The position numbers and the translations under genes were made by a program. The notes under the pieces are model-generated. The model saw nothing but the letters and a program-made list of their open reading frames with translations. It was not told the origin of the DNA and did no database searches. Source: a virus. Taken from it: a DNA stretch of 64,000 bases. Shown piece by piece: positions 28,184 to 38,949 of this stretch (its first letter is position 1; every line of letters begins with the position of its first letter). The stretch spans positions 40,737-104,736 of IMG/VR virus record IMGVR_UViG_3300043444_000523; one strand, 5' to 3'.

Positions 28184-28422
28184 GGTGATCTCCTAGTCGT
28201 GCTCTGTGAAGTCGGCCAAGGGCGGGCGGATTTGTGACCGCGCCGCCCATTTTCTTTTCCGCCGCCGAGTCTAACCTTTCTCTTGTGGCATTTCAAGCAA
28301 TTTCTGATGGCTAATCAGGTCTTTGGTGATCATCAATGCCAACCTGACGATTTTGTTCACTTTGAACCGCACAACGCCATCGATATTAACTATCAATGGC
28401 TGCATCGGGTGTTTTGCTGTGC

Positions 28423-29132
28423 TCATGGCTTCAGGTGCTCCCTTACATCATACGGCAGCGGAACGTACTCGACTTTGAGTATCCAAACTTCATACGGCTT
28501 GCCAGCAGGTTGCACCGTCCCCGTTGGGCCTTTCTCAAGACTGACGAACTTGGCAAACATCCACGGGCAGTCATGATGGGATCGCGGGATTCTCAGTCCG
28601 CCGACACCGAAAAACTCAGGCGGGACTGGCGTAGGCGACAAAAACGTGTCGGGCTTCACATCACCTAGTATGCTCCGCACATGATTCCACGGCATCACAC
28701 CGTCGTAAGACAGCATAGATATGCTGTCTTTTAAGACTGACCCTCTCACGGCTTCGCCTCCATAGGAAACATTTCATCCAATTCCTTTTGGAACTCCTCA
28801 TCGGACTGCTCAGGAAACGTCCGATGAGCCGGGTTGAGTATCTGGTTCTCGATTGCCGTCTTCTCGGCCTCGGTCTTGTTTCCAATGCCAATCAGCATGT
28901 CAACCGCGTACATGGCCGAACACGCCATTGAGAGAATGTCACCGAACTGCGGATTCGTCTGATCGAACTTGGCATGGAAGTCGTCGCCTTCTCGACCGGC
29001 GCAGAACTCGACAGACTCAATCGTTTCACGGCTCGCATAGCAGCTGGTCTTTGGCCGCTTCCAATTCAGCCTAACCCACAACGACCGGCGGCCGTCAGTG
29101 AGGCCAATCTGTGTCCACGAATCGTCAGGCAT
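28423..29132 (-). other. Two hypothetical genes (28423-28749, 28746-29132)
   Basis: GTGA-overlapping ORFs. Confidence 0.5.
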
Positions 29133-29139
29133 GGGCCAC

Positions 29140-29601
29140 CTAGTCGATGAGGAACAGCTTCACGTTGACCGTGGAGCCAGAGTAGTTGCCTATGGCTATA
29201 CTATCGACTGCCTCCATCGTTGGTTCACTTCCGCCCGTAATTAGGGTTGTGTTCGCTGCCGGAAGTATCGAGCCATACCCACAGAGCCAGAATGGGAAGT
29301 ACGGCCTGATCTTGTGCGTCACGTTCCCGGTCTGCCCGATCAACTGAAGGTAGATGATCTGGTCGGCCCAGCAGTACAGGTAGTCGAAGTCCACCGGGTA
29401 GTTGGAATCCTCGTCCCACAGAGTCCGCACCGTGGCCGTTGGCACTTGGCCAACGAACGGGTAGACGAGTCCGGTGACGGTCGGGCTCTCAGAGAACGAG
29501 TACAGTTCATCAGGCGAACTGTCGGATTCGCCCTGGTTGGCGGCGAAGGTTGTGCCGTTGATCTCGATCTCGAATCGAGAGACGATGCCTAAGTTTGCCA
29601 T
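29140..29601 (-). CDS. Hypothetical beta-rich protein, possibly structural
   Basis: 153-aa ORF with coherent codon usage. Confidence 0.65.
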   Translation of the reverse strand: MANLGIVSRFEIEINGTTFAANQGESDSSPDELYSFSESPTVTGLVYPFVGQVPTATVRTLWDEDSNYPVDFDYLYCWADQIIYLQLIGQTGNVTHKIRPYFPFWLCGYGSILPAANTTLITGGSEPTMEAVDSIAIGNYSGSTVNVKLFLID

Positions 29602-29783
29602 GAGACTTTGCCTTTCTGATCAAGCCTGTGAAACAATGCAAGACACGCCAACCCGACCACTTCAGGAGCACCATGCTTCTTGTAGTTGGCCACAGTGTTC
29701 CTATGCAGGCCAAGCAATGAAGCTGCCTCACCGTCGCCTATGCCCATCGAGAGCATCCACTTTACAAAGTCTTCGGCACTCAT
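29589..29783 (-). CDS. Small HTH protein
   Basis: MSAEDFVKW...EAASLLGLHRNTVANYK. Confidence 0.65.
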   Translation of the reverse strand: MSAEDFVKWMLSMGIGDGEAASLLGLHRNTVANYKKHGAPEVVGLACLALFHRLDQKGKVSWQT

Positions 29784-29784
29784 T

Positions 29785-29834
29785 TGCACAATTTTAGTGC
29801 ATTTTGCGGCGGTGGACATCACAAATTTTGTGCA
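29785..29834. promoter_or_regulatory. Paired operator-like palindromes upstream of the HTH gene
   Basis: TGCACAATTTTAGTGCA (29785-29801) and CACAAATTTTGTG (29820-29832). Confidence 0.45.
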
Positions 29835-30107
29835 TTCGGCTAGTTGCGGTCGTCATGGTCTGTTTCGCCTCTGAAGTGCTCTCCAAGTCCGGCAGACGAC
29901 GCTTGGCCATGAACGGCATGGATTTCCTCGAATTTCTGGTAAAAACTCCCTGGTTGCCCAGGCAGGTTGCTGCCGGTGCAGGCATAATCGTGGTCGCTCG
30001 CATGTGGGCAACGCTTGTTGCCGCACGTCGGACACCTTGGCATTTGCCGCTCAAGCAGGTTCGGCGTTCTCTCATGAACACACCGGACACACATGCAATC
30101 AAGAAGG

Positions 30108-30794
30108 TCAGACATGGCCATTGCTCCCGTTCGTAGATAGCCCGTGTGCAACACCATTTAGCGTAGGACGCACGATCTCGGCTTCAGGTAGCGGAATAGC
30201 GACTCTGGACTTAATATCGGCCAGTAGGGCCAATAGACCGGCTTTGTGGGTGTCTACTTCGGCGAGTGACAAGCCGCCAGAGGTCAGGTCGATTTTCTGG
30301 GCCGGACGTTGGTTGTCTGGCATGATGGCATACTTGTCCTCGATGGCCGACAGATGGGGGTGCGGATCACGGAGTTTGTAAGTGACTTCGCCGTCTTTGG
30401 TTATGGTGATACCGGCGATCATACGCCGGGCTTCTCGTGGTATCTCGTGTATGGGTTTGGACTTGCCGTTTTCGTCGAATAGATCGGCTGGGTCTTGGTA
30501 CGCTATTTGTTGCCGGATTTTCCTTGTGCGCTTGTATTCTATGGCCATTTGGGCGGCTTCGTGGTCCTTGACGTGCTGCTGGACTTCTTTGAGGTACGCG
30601 GCCACATCTGGACGTTTGAGTAGTGAGTAGGCTCGCTGTTGCGCTTGCTTGTCGGTTTGGGCGGTGAAGCCAGCTTGCTTGTAGGCGCGGGCTCTGTTGC
30701 CGGTGGCGATGTAGATGTGGACGAAGTTGGCGTATCGCCCCCTGAGAGTGTTGAACTTCTTGGGCTTGATCGGGTTTGGTTCTCGTTCAGACAT
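30108..30794 (-). CDS. terS: Terminase small subunit
   Basis: FVHIYIATGNRARAYKQAGF...AYSLLKRPDVAAYL and DPADLFDENG..KPIHEIP motifs. Confidence 0.8.
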   Translation of the reverse strand: MSEREPNPIKPKKFNTLRGRYANFVHIYIATGNRARAYKQAGFTAQTDKQAQQRAYSLLKRPDVAAYLKEVQQHVKDHEAAQMAIEYKRTRKIRQQIAYQDPADLFDENGKSKPIHEIPREARRMIAGITITKDGEVTYKLRDPHPHLSAIEDKYAIMPDNQRPAQKIDLTSGGLSLAEVDTHKAGLLALLADIKSRVAIPLPEAEIVRPTLNGVAHGLSTNGSNGHV

Positions 30795-30803
30795 GGTGAT
30801 GAC

Positions 30804-32309
30804 CTACTGTTTGGCCTCTTGGGTGTTCACTTGAACATGCGGCTTGGCCTGCTCGATGATTTGGCAGACATCGGCTTCATAGAATTGGGCAGACATCTCG
30901 ACACTGGCCGTGACAACGCTCGGCTTGGCCATGTCACAGATGATGGAGAGCTTGGTTACGCCTTTGGGGTTGATGCCGAGTGTTTTACAGAGCATTTGTC
31001 CGAATACGGATGATACGTTGAATTTCGCCTTGGGCTCATTTTTTGCTGGAGTCGCAAACGGGTCTTTGATCATGATAGGACTGCCGCAGCCATCCTCAAA
31101 AGAAATAAAAGAGTGCTCGCTTTTTAAAACAACGACTTTCACCCCGTAAACAAAGTCTGTTAGGCCATACTTGGCGTTTGTACTTTCAAAGAACTTCTCT
31201 CCCCAGTAGTTCCTTACATAGTCTCTGATCTCGTGCGTCCTTGACAGATCGAGCGCTGTCATCTCGCCGCCTATTATCATCAATATGCCTTCACTTGTTG
31301 GCCTTCTGAAATGCCTTGCAACATATCCAAGAGAGTTGTTTATTGCCATGAATCCAGGCGATCTAGGGTCAGCGCTGGCATGTGGCCAACCACTTACCAT
31401 CCTTAGAAAATCTCCGTGTAAAATTTCAGTTGACTCTTCTTTCTGACTGAGCGAGCGGAATGGGTCTTTGATTACGGCATTTTTGACATCGCCGTTAGTC
31501 ATTTTGGCACAAATCAAAATGCCGTCCACCTTCCCTTTATCTTTTTTGATAATTATCTCTAATCCGTACAAGAAGTGCGGTAGCCCCCATGCGGAGTTTG
31601 GCCAGACGTATTTGGCACCGTTGACCCGTGGCTGGTCTCCGACATACGTGGTGCGAATGTGTTCTCTCACTTCGTCTGTTTTTGAAAGAAGGCCAGCAGT
31701 TCTCTGGTCAATCTTCATAGAGACCTGCACAGGCGTCTCGCCGTTTGTAATAGAGGCGATGGCAATGTGAAGCGTTCTTTTGATTTCCAAGTAGTGCGGC
31801 GAATTAGGATCAGCATTTGCCTGCGTCCAGTCAAATGATAGTTCTGGAGTTTCATCGAATGCTTTTACTTGTCCAAGCATCCTCAAGATTTCCTTGCGAA
31901 TAATATCGGCGCTCAGCCCCTCTGCTTGCAGAGCCTCAGAAGCAAGACCTTCTGGCTCACGGATAAGGCCAAGCAATAAGTGCTCAGTCCCCACATAGTT
32001 GTGATTGAGGCTTCTGGCTTCCTCAATCGAGCATTCGATCACTTTTTTCACAAGAGGAGTATGCGAAAGTCTCCCCATCATCGCCGTCTCCAACTTTGGG
32101 CCGGTTTGGGCAATTGCTTCCACTCTCGTTTCGATCTTTCGGAGATCGATGTCGAGGTTTTTCAAGACATTGGCAGCTACTCCTGATCCTTCCTTGACCA
32201 GCCCCAGCAAAATGTGCTCGGTGCCGATGTACTCGTGGCTTAGACGTTGGGCCTCTTGGTTGGCCAGCTGCATCACCTTGCGAACCCTGTCGGTAAATCG
32301 TTCATACAT
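30804..32309 (-). CDS. Clp N-terminal (ClpC repeat) domain fused to a tandemly duplicated capsid-like fragment; no ATPase
   Basis: MYERFTDRVRKVMQLANQEAQR...IGTEHILLGL...VGTEHLLLGL; then two repeats W..A.ADP.SP...LS.T.E.R...N...GL..F.YG...IKDPF. Confidence 0.8.
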   Translation of the reverse strand: MYERFTDRVRKVMQLANQEAQRLSHEYIGTEHILLGLVKEGSGVAANVLKNLDIDLRKIETRVEAIAQTGPKLETAMMGRLSHTPLVKKVIECSIEEARSLNHNYVGTEHLLLGLIREPEGLASEALQAEGLSADIIRKEILRMLGQVKAFDETPELSFDWTQANADPNSPHYLEIKRTLHIAIASITNGETPVQVSMKIDQRTAGLLSKTDEVREHIRTTYVGDQPRVNGAKYVWPNSAWGLPHFLYGLEIIIKKDKGKVDGILICAKMTNGDVKNAVIKDPFRSLSQKEESTEILHGDFLRMVSGWPHASADPRSPGFMAINNSLGYVARHFRRPTSEGILMIIGGEMTALDLSRTHEIRDYVRNYWGEKFFESTNAKYGLTDFVYGVKVVVLKSEHSFISFEDGCGSPIMIKDPFATPAKNEPKAKFNVSSVFGQMLCKTLGINPKGVTKLSIICDMAKPSVVTASVEMSAQFYEADVCQIIEQAKPHVQVNTQEAKQ

Positions 32310-32569
32310 GATTTCCTAGTCCTTTCGTTGCAAAGAGGTCTATCTCATGGCTTGTCCGCTTCTTGCTTGTTGTCATCATTCTTGATGCCAAGCCGACGTT
32401 CGGCCCAGCGCAACAATGCGTATACCACGCCTGCCACTGGAACGCCCAGAGACTTTACCACTTCGTCCTGGTCGATCTTGCTGGCGAGAATCCAGAGCGG
32501 CGCAACACATATGACGCCGACAACGCCTATCTGAACCGTGGGCCAGAAGTGTTTATGTTGGTAGAATTT

Positions 32570-32770
32570 AATAGTGGCTTACCTCAGTGTTGATAGCCGA
32601 TGCGTTTCATCGAGCCTGCTTCCGTTTCCAGAAGTCTTACTGGCTCTCCGCGCCCGCGCCTAAAAGCACGGCCACGAACTATCATAGCCGCAGCAACATC
32701 CCGGTTACAGGATAATCCGCACCATTTGCACGAGTTCCGATCACCTAGTTCGGTGTGGCGGTCCAGATTG
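32570..32770 (-). pseudogene. tnpB 3' remnant with omegaRNA-like tail and TIR-like end
   Basis: Translation CKWCGLSCNRDVAAAMIV; 3' tail aligns to the end of the 17040-18279 element; 17/24 match to its TIR. Confidence 0.65.
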
Positions 32771-32906
32771 CGACTATTCCGCCATGCCAACGCAAGGTAA
32801 AGGAGGCGGTCCATGTTGGACCTGAGAAGAGCCGCTTATTGACAACGGCTGTCTCTGTTTTCGCCCGGCCAGTGTTAGCGCACCGACCGGGCTATTGAAG
32901 CGGCAA

Positions 32907-32978
32907 GCCCACGTAGCCTAATGGAAAGGCACCCTGTTCGTACCGGGAGCTATGTGGGTTCAAATCCTGCCGTGGGCA
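32907..32978 (+). tRNA. tRNA-Thr(CGT)
   Basis: GCCCACG/CGTGGGC acceptor, GCCT/AGGC D stem, loop TT-CGT-AC, GGTTCAAATCC T arm; one C-A mismatch; CCA not encoded. Confidence 0.85.
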
Positions 32979-33044
32979 GTTTTCAAACCGTGCGCAGACC
33001 GTGCGCGCTTCACTACATAGCATAAGGACGCGAAGCGGTGCATT

Positions 33045-33210
33045 CAACTCAAAAACGCTACTGTCTTGCCCCGATCTTCCAATTCTTCCCGCGCGGACCG
33101 CCGTAGCCGATCTCGCATCCACTCGGATAGCTTCTTGCCGTCTTGCTCCGCAGCATCGACAAACGCCTGTTTTTCGGCGATACCGACGCCGCCGATTGCC
33201 CGCAACTTCC
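33045..33210 (-). pseudogene. RHH-like fragment
   Basis: Frame reads AEKQAFVDAAEQDGKKLSEWMRDRLRRSAREELE; no clear start. Confidence 0.4.
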
Positions 33211-33331
33211 GGCACTTGTCGCCAAGACGGCAGATAACTTCAAGATAGGTGAAGTGTCAGCAGACAAGGCTTACCTGTCGGTCGAAAAAAGGCACACGTG
33301 GCGATCTCCCACGGTGCAATGAGCGCCTTGG

Positions 33332-35706
33332 CTAGTCTTCGAGGCGTTCAAGCCATCCGGGTCGGCATATTGCTGTAACGCAAGTACCGGCCCCGGCTTC
33401 TTCCCCGTTTCGGTCGAAGATGATTTCGCGGTTCCCAAATGGCAAATCACCGTATACGCGAAAACGTAACATCCCGTTCGGGTCAACTTCAAATTGAAAA
33501 GCTAAACCTGATGCCTGGTCTTCAACTATCTGTTCTTTGATCGTCCATGATTTGGCGTCGGTTTTCAACGACATGATATTCCTCCGATTGCGGCCAATAA
33601 TCTGAATTCGCAGTTCTTCAGGCTGTCAACGTACAGCATCACGCGGCACATCTGGCGGCGCATGCTATCCGGCATCGTCGGCATTCCTTTTGCGCACCTG
33701 ACAATCTCTTCCCACCACAGTTCAAACACGCAATCGCCTGATTTCATTTATTTCACCGGAAGATGAACACGATGTCTTTCCGCCCGCCCTCGCCCGGCTC
33801 GCACTCCGGGAACCGATACACCGGGATCGCCAGCGGCATCTGGCCGCGATAGTACGAACGCGGCCCCAACGCCCATCGAAACTCGACTAGCTTGCGCTCG
33901 AATGCTTCCCATGTCGTTGGCGGCAGCACGTTTGGTTTACCGTGGCTGAGCTTCCAGCGCCATTCCTGCAACGTCGCCAGTTCGCGCCATAGGTACGCTC
34001 GATAGCAAGCATCGCATTCCCACTCGCAGTCATGCCGATGAACCGGATGCTCTTTGAGCCAGCCTACATGCTGTTCGGCTGCGGTTGCGCATCGTTGGGC
34101 ATGTCCAAGGTTCGGCAGGAATACAAGATCATCTGGATGGACGGGCAGGCACAGCATTGCCACGACTTCCATCATGCCTCGATCCCCATTGCCTTGACGC
34201 ATTCGGCCATTTCGTCGAATGCCTTTGTGCCGATCACTCGCCGCAGGCTTGTGGCCTCTGCCCGGCCCCTGGTATTAGCATACCGCAAAGCGTCCACGAT
34301 GTCTTTGCCGATCTTCTCTTCGTCGTCTATGACAGCCGGGCTCAAGTAGTCGCAAAGAATATCGTACAATAGCCAGCTGATCGATGGAGTTGCATATGGA
34401 TGATCAGAGAAGCACTGCTTGGTCCAGATTCGGCCACGGCATACAACCCTGGCAATGTGCTTGAACTTAAATGAGTTTGCCCATGCCGGAATCTTGTCAA
34501 AGTGCTTGGCCTCCCGATAGAGAAGAGAAACCCTGTGCCGCATGGCAATAATGCTCAGATCGGCAAGGCACAAGTCGAATTCATCCATGACAGCCTCCTT
34601 GTTATCCGTCTTCTGGAATAGTAACCCCAGCTTCGATGTCCTTGAGTTTGCCGCCTTCTCCAAATGTACAAGCCAACTCGACTTCGCAATCGTCACCGTA
34701 GGAGTTGGCGACCCACTCCTTGATGATTTTTTCTATATCGGCATTATCTAGTATGATCTTCACTTTTTCTCCATCAAAACCTGAGTCTCGCACTGTGGGC
34801 AAATCACATGAGGGGACGACGATTTCACACCATTAACCACGCCGCCCCAATGCAACTCATTCGGCTCGCACGCCAACTCAGCCTCGCAGTTCGGGCACTT
34901 GCCGACGTATTTGATGCGTTGCTCGATAACCTTCCCAAGTTTCACTTGCATTTTGGCTCCAGTTAGTCAATGAAAATACGGCGTTTCAAAGGCGTCTCAG
35001 GAGAAACCGGCTTCGGCCTCTCCTCGTGAATCTTCATGCCTTCGGCCTTGAGGATCGCCTGCACAAGAATCCGAAGAACATCGCGCTTCTGCTTGCAAGC
35101 GTACAGGTCTTTGTAATTGATGACGGCCACTTTCTGAACGCCGTTCCGCTTCCACTTGATCTTGATCTTTTTGTCGGACTCAAGGTTGTGGAAGTCGAAG
35201 TCAACGCCCTGGAATTCGCCCGGCAAAACTGAGTAGATCAAATCGGCGTCAACGCCGAAGAATGACTTCTTCTTGGACTCTTCGGCAAGACGCGCCGCTT
35301 TGGCCTCTTGCTGTTTGATCATCATTTCCCTGATGTACTCAGATTGGTTCCTCCCCAATGTAAAACTGCCTATCCATTCTGGCATGGCAACGATTGGCCC
35401 ATACACGATTGACTTGAAATCGTCTTTGGGAGTGGCTGTAGTCGTTGACCACTGTTTCCCTATCTCTTCAGATGCCATATCCACGCCCTCCAAAGCGGCC
35501 TGCTTCTCCATGAACTCAGCCCGCATCGCCAAAGCCTCTCTGTATGCCCAACTGTATGAGTCATCTGCTTTCAAGATCGACGGAGGCACGCCTAGTCCAG
35601 AGTCCAATCCGGCCATCGCTTCCTTAAAAGCATCACTGGCGATGCTTGTTGCGTCAATTGGCTCATAACCCCATTTCGGATTCTTGATCTCCACATATGC
35701 CATCAC
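33332..35706 (-). other. Run of small hypothetical genes (33332-33574, 33565-33747, 33753-34175, 34172-34588, ~34580-34760, 34760-34951, 34963-35706)
   Basis: Tightly packed, overlapping minus-strand ORFs with RBSs. Confidence 0.55.
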
Positions 35707-36257
35707 TTGACCTCCACAGAGACTCCATACGGCAGAATGAAATACGGACTCGGCGGCGTCTGAACCAACTGTTTCTTGATGTCCTTGATGACTTCGTTCA
35801 GATCAATGCCGGGCTCTGCCGTGAACTCGAAAATCCTCTTGTCCTGCCCAAGCATGATCGCTTTTTGCTTGACGAGCGGCTTCGGCTCGTCAAGCTGAAT
35901 ATCGGCGCATTTTGCGACGATTTCGGTAATAGGCGCGACTCGCGCCGATTTATCGCCTGTGTTTTCCAGTGTTTTCTCGTGGGTGTCTGAAATCGACTTT
36001 GGCTCAGACTTCTTTTCCGCGTCTGTCGGATGAGCCTTCTTGGGATCAGGCTTTTCGGAAATAGGCGCGAGTTGCGCCGATTTCGAGTCCGGCTTTGCCT
36101 CTGTCTTAACTGGGGCTTTTTCAACTTCCGTTGCCACGGTTCTCCTATCCGGCCAATGCTTGTTTGGCCTCTTGGACATACTGCTGGACAAGTTCGACGC
36201 TTGCTGAGTTACCGAGAAACTTTTGAATCTCTTCCGGCTTCTTTGCCGACCTTCCAT
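35703..36257 (-). CDS. Hypothetical protein with a disordered N-terminus carrying three palindrome copies
   Basis: Contains SAQLAPI, SARVAPI and IVAKCADI; start may be 36179. Confidence 0.6.
   Translation of the reverse strand: MEGRQRSRKRFKSFSVTQQASNLSSSMSKRPNKHWPDRRTVATEVEKAPVKTEAKPDSKSAQLAPISEKPDPKKAHPTDAEKKSEPKSISDTHEKTLENTGDKSARVAPITEIVAKCADIQLDEPKPLVKQKAIMLGQDKRIFEFTAEPGIDLNEVIKDIKKQLVQTPPSPYFILPYGVSVEVK
35900..35950. repeat. Tandem palindromes: degenerate copy (35900-35922) and copy 8 (35928-35950)
   Basis: TATCGGCGCATTTTGCGACGATT and AATAGGCGCGACTCGCGCCGATT. Confidence 0.88.
36060..36082. repeat. 23-bp palindrome, copy 9
   Basis: AATAGGCGCGAGTTGCGCCGATT. Confidence 0.95.
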
Positions 36258-36897
36258 GAAGCCCTGTCAGCCATTCTATGACAAACCGACCTGGGCCGCG
36301 CATAGAGTGAAACTTTTCCGCCATTGTCTTCGGCTCTTCGTCGGGATTAACAGAAGACAACGTGTTGAGCAAAAAAGAGCTGTAGGCATCATTGACGCAG
36401 AAGACTCCGGCCTTCACTAATTCCTTGCGTTTCCTTGCGAAAGACCGGCGAAACGCCAGCTTGACTCCGCCGTAAGAGTATGACTTCCACGACAGCTTCT
36501 TGCCTATTTTGTTTGGCTTCCAATACCGAGCGGCATTGATTATGGCATCATGGGCTATGGTGAGAAGGTCTTCTTCGGATAAGATGCCATTGGCAAGTTT
36601 CTTGGCGAGCTGTTGGGCCACTGGATATGCTTCGGCCACAAGTTCTGACTGCGACTGCGTTAGCTTTGGGGCGCTCTTCTTTTTCCTGAACTCGCTTACG
36701 GCTATCAAGTGGACGCCGTTCGCACACGGCCTCTCCACCTTGTCCATGATGATGCCGTATTCCTGGCGAATCTTGCGGACGGTATCCCTTCCTATGCCGA
36801 GAAGCCTTCCGGCCCTGGCATGTCCCTTATGCTTCAGATCGTCTGTTCTCAAGGCAGAAGCAAACGAATCAGTCTGTTCCCTGGTAAATCCGGCCAC
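36145..36897 (-). CDS. Divergent sigma70-like protein with an N-terminal HTH
   Basis: Region-2-like EEDLLTIAHDAIINAARYWKP...WKSYSYGGVK; HTH-like AGRLLGIGRDTVRKIR. Confidence 0.55.
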   Translation of the reverse strand: MAGFTREQTDSFASALRTDDLKHKGHARAGRLLGIGRDTVRKIRQEYGIIMDKVERPCANGVHLIAVSEFRKKKSAPKLTQSQSELVAEAYPVAQQLAKKLANGILSEEDLLTIAHDAIINAARYWKPNKIGKKLSWKSYSYGGVKLAFRRSFARKRKELVKAGVFCVNDAYSSFLLNTLSSVNPDEEPKTMAEKFHSMRGPGRFVIEWLTGLHGRSAKKPEEIQKFLGNSASVELVQQYVQEAKQALAG

Positions 36898-37261
36898 GCA
36901 AACTCCATGCGGCTATGGTAAGTTCCTTGGCTTTTTCAAACGCTTTGCTTACATCCTTGGCCCCGTAATGCCAATGCCGGTATGCTGCGGCCCTCATGAA
37001 CTCGTCCACTGACAATTCCAAAGCGGCAATGTATTTGTCGTTTTCGGCACGAACTTCGTGCAGCTTATGCCGCAAGGCCACGCACTCCGCGCATGGTTCA
37101 CCGGGTCGAATCATAATGCGGAGTCTATCGCACTCTACCCGTCGTGTCCAGAGAATTTTGAAATACACCTAGACGCGGTTCCGAAAAGTGATATGCTATC
37201 GAATAACACTAGCCGCGAAGATCGGGCAGTTGATTACGATGATTTAACACAGGAGAGGCAC

Positions 37262-37849
37262 ATGGAATGCAGCATTTGCAAAGAGCGAGAACTGAAAGCT
37301 GCCGATGAAAAGGCATCCGGCGTTTGCGGGTTTTGCTCAAGGGAGCAGAAATTCAAGGAGTTTGCGTTGTCTTGTGGGCTAACGCGGTTCCCTGATACAC
37401 GCGGCGAGCGATATGTCTATTACACGAGCGGCAGGATCGCAGGCAAAAAGAGCGAAGAAGTCAGTTTGATCGATGAACTTTGGAACGCTCTGGTGCGATC
37501 AAAGGGTGCTTCTAAGGAATTGATGGTTCCAGTCAAGCGAATGAAGGCGTACTACGTGCGATATGGTGAATTCGTGGAGTGCGAGGTTACGTCAATTGCA
37601 GCCCCAGGTCGGTGGGGAAGAGGACGAGATTTCTGGGCTGTTGTGAACGGCAATCGAGAAAAGGTCCATGATTACGATTTGAAAGAATTCACCGACAAGA
37701 ACACGGAGAAGGCCAACAAAATCAAAGCTCTTGAAAAAGAGTCGGAGAAAATCAGCAATGAAATCGACAAACTAAAAGAGGCCATGACCCCATTCGTCAT
37801 TCCCAAAGATGTGGAGCGACGCCGACATACCTCCAAGAAGCCCGGCTGA
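37262..37849 (+). CDS. Hypothetical protein with an N-terminal CxxC...CxxC
   Basis: AGGAG RBS; first gene of the plus-strand arm. Confidence 0.6.
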   Translation: MECSICKERELKAADEKASGVCGFCSREQKFKEFALSCGLTRFPDTRGERYVYYTSGRIAGKKSEEVSLIDELWNALVRSKGASKELMVPVKRMKAYYVRYGEFVECEVTSIAAPGRWGRGRDFWAVVNGNREKVHDYDLKEFTDKNTEKANKIKALEKESEKISNEIDKLKEAMTPFVIPKDVERRRHTSKKPG

Positions 37850-37906
37850 CGCTGACCGGGATTAGAAACCAGCGCACCGCAGCCGCGTGCGGATAGACGC
37901 GGCCTT

Positions 37907-37981
37907 GGGATCGGGCGGGCACGGTGACACGCGAAAGCATCTGCAGTGCTTTACAACCCGGTTCGACTCCGGGCGATCCAT
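37907..37981 (+). tRNA. Degenerate tRNA-like gene (Cys/Ala ambiguous)
   Basis: Perfect T arm CCCGG TTCGACT CCGGG; GGATCG/CGATCC acceptor; AAAGCA/TGCTTT stem with loop TCTGCAG out of normal register; weak D arm. Confidence 0.55.
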
Positions 37982-38017
37982 CTTCCGGCTCACTACTGGA
38001 CTACAGGAGACAACACT

Positions 38018-38949
38018 ATGACGATTTCAAGAGACCAATGGGAATGGTTCGGAGTGAGTGGCCACCATATATGCGGACAATGGTGCAGATTTCATCTTTG
38101 TACGTTGGTCGTCAAGTATTTGGTTTCTTCTGTTGGCGAATACGTACATCCTCGCCACAGCAAAGGGAACGAAAGAAAAGAATCTGAATGGTTGAAAGAA
38201 AACTGGCCCGGTGAAGATATTGGATGTGACCGAAAATATGAAACGATGGTCTTCATCGCTGGGCCACGATGCGTCAGTAAAGAATGTATGTGCGGAATGC
38301 CTTCACTGGAAAGCCCGGTTATCGAGATTGATTCAGTTGGCTGCAATACGCGCGGCCAAGCATCTAAAAACCATTTGAGCATGTGCGAAAAATGGTCAAA
38401 ACAAAACAACGCTCCGACACAATGATCAAACTTGAGAATCGTCTAGCCAGTAGCTTTGCGTGCAGGAGATAACGCCATGACATTCGATGAGTGGTTTTGG
38501 AGAACACCAGCATATACCGCACGTGATTACGAGCCTTGCAAAGCCGCATGGCTCGCATCACGGGAGCAACTTGTCGGCACTGTGTCGCCGACCGGACTAA
38601 CGCTTGACGGGCATGAGATTGTGCGGCTAACGCCGGTCCAACCGGACGTGTACCAGATGGAGAAACCGAGATGAGTGATGAGTACCGCGTGACAATCTCC
38701 ACAAAAGACGGCAGCGAGTCAACGACACGAAGCGGCGAGTCTGTCGGAGATGCGTTTGCGAGCGCTATGATAGACGCTAAAATTTCGCGCGTGTTTTACG
38801 AGCTTGCAATGGCAATCAACAGCGTTACACGTTGGACTACTGATTGTGATTACGTCTTCCCGCCGCATGAAGCAAAACTGGTAGACGCGGCACACAGTTT
38901 GATTCACGAATACAACAAACTTGAAACTGGCAAGGGGGAACCGAGATGA
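38018..38949 (+). other. Three hypothetical genes (38018-38425, ~38477-38674, 38671-38949)
   Basis: RBS-led, coupled ORFs. Confidence 0.55.

Noticed and set aside
30804-32309. Full ClpC/ClpB chaperone
   Set aside because: No Walker motifs; only the N-domain is present
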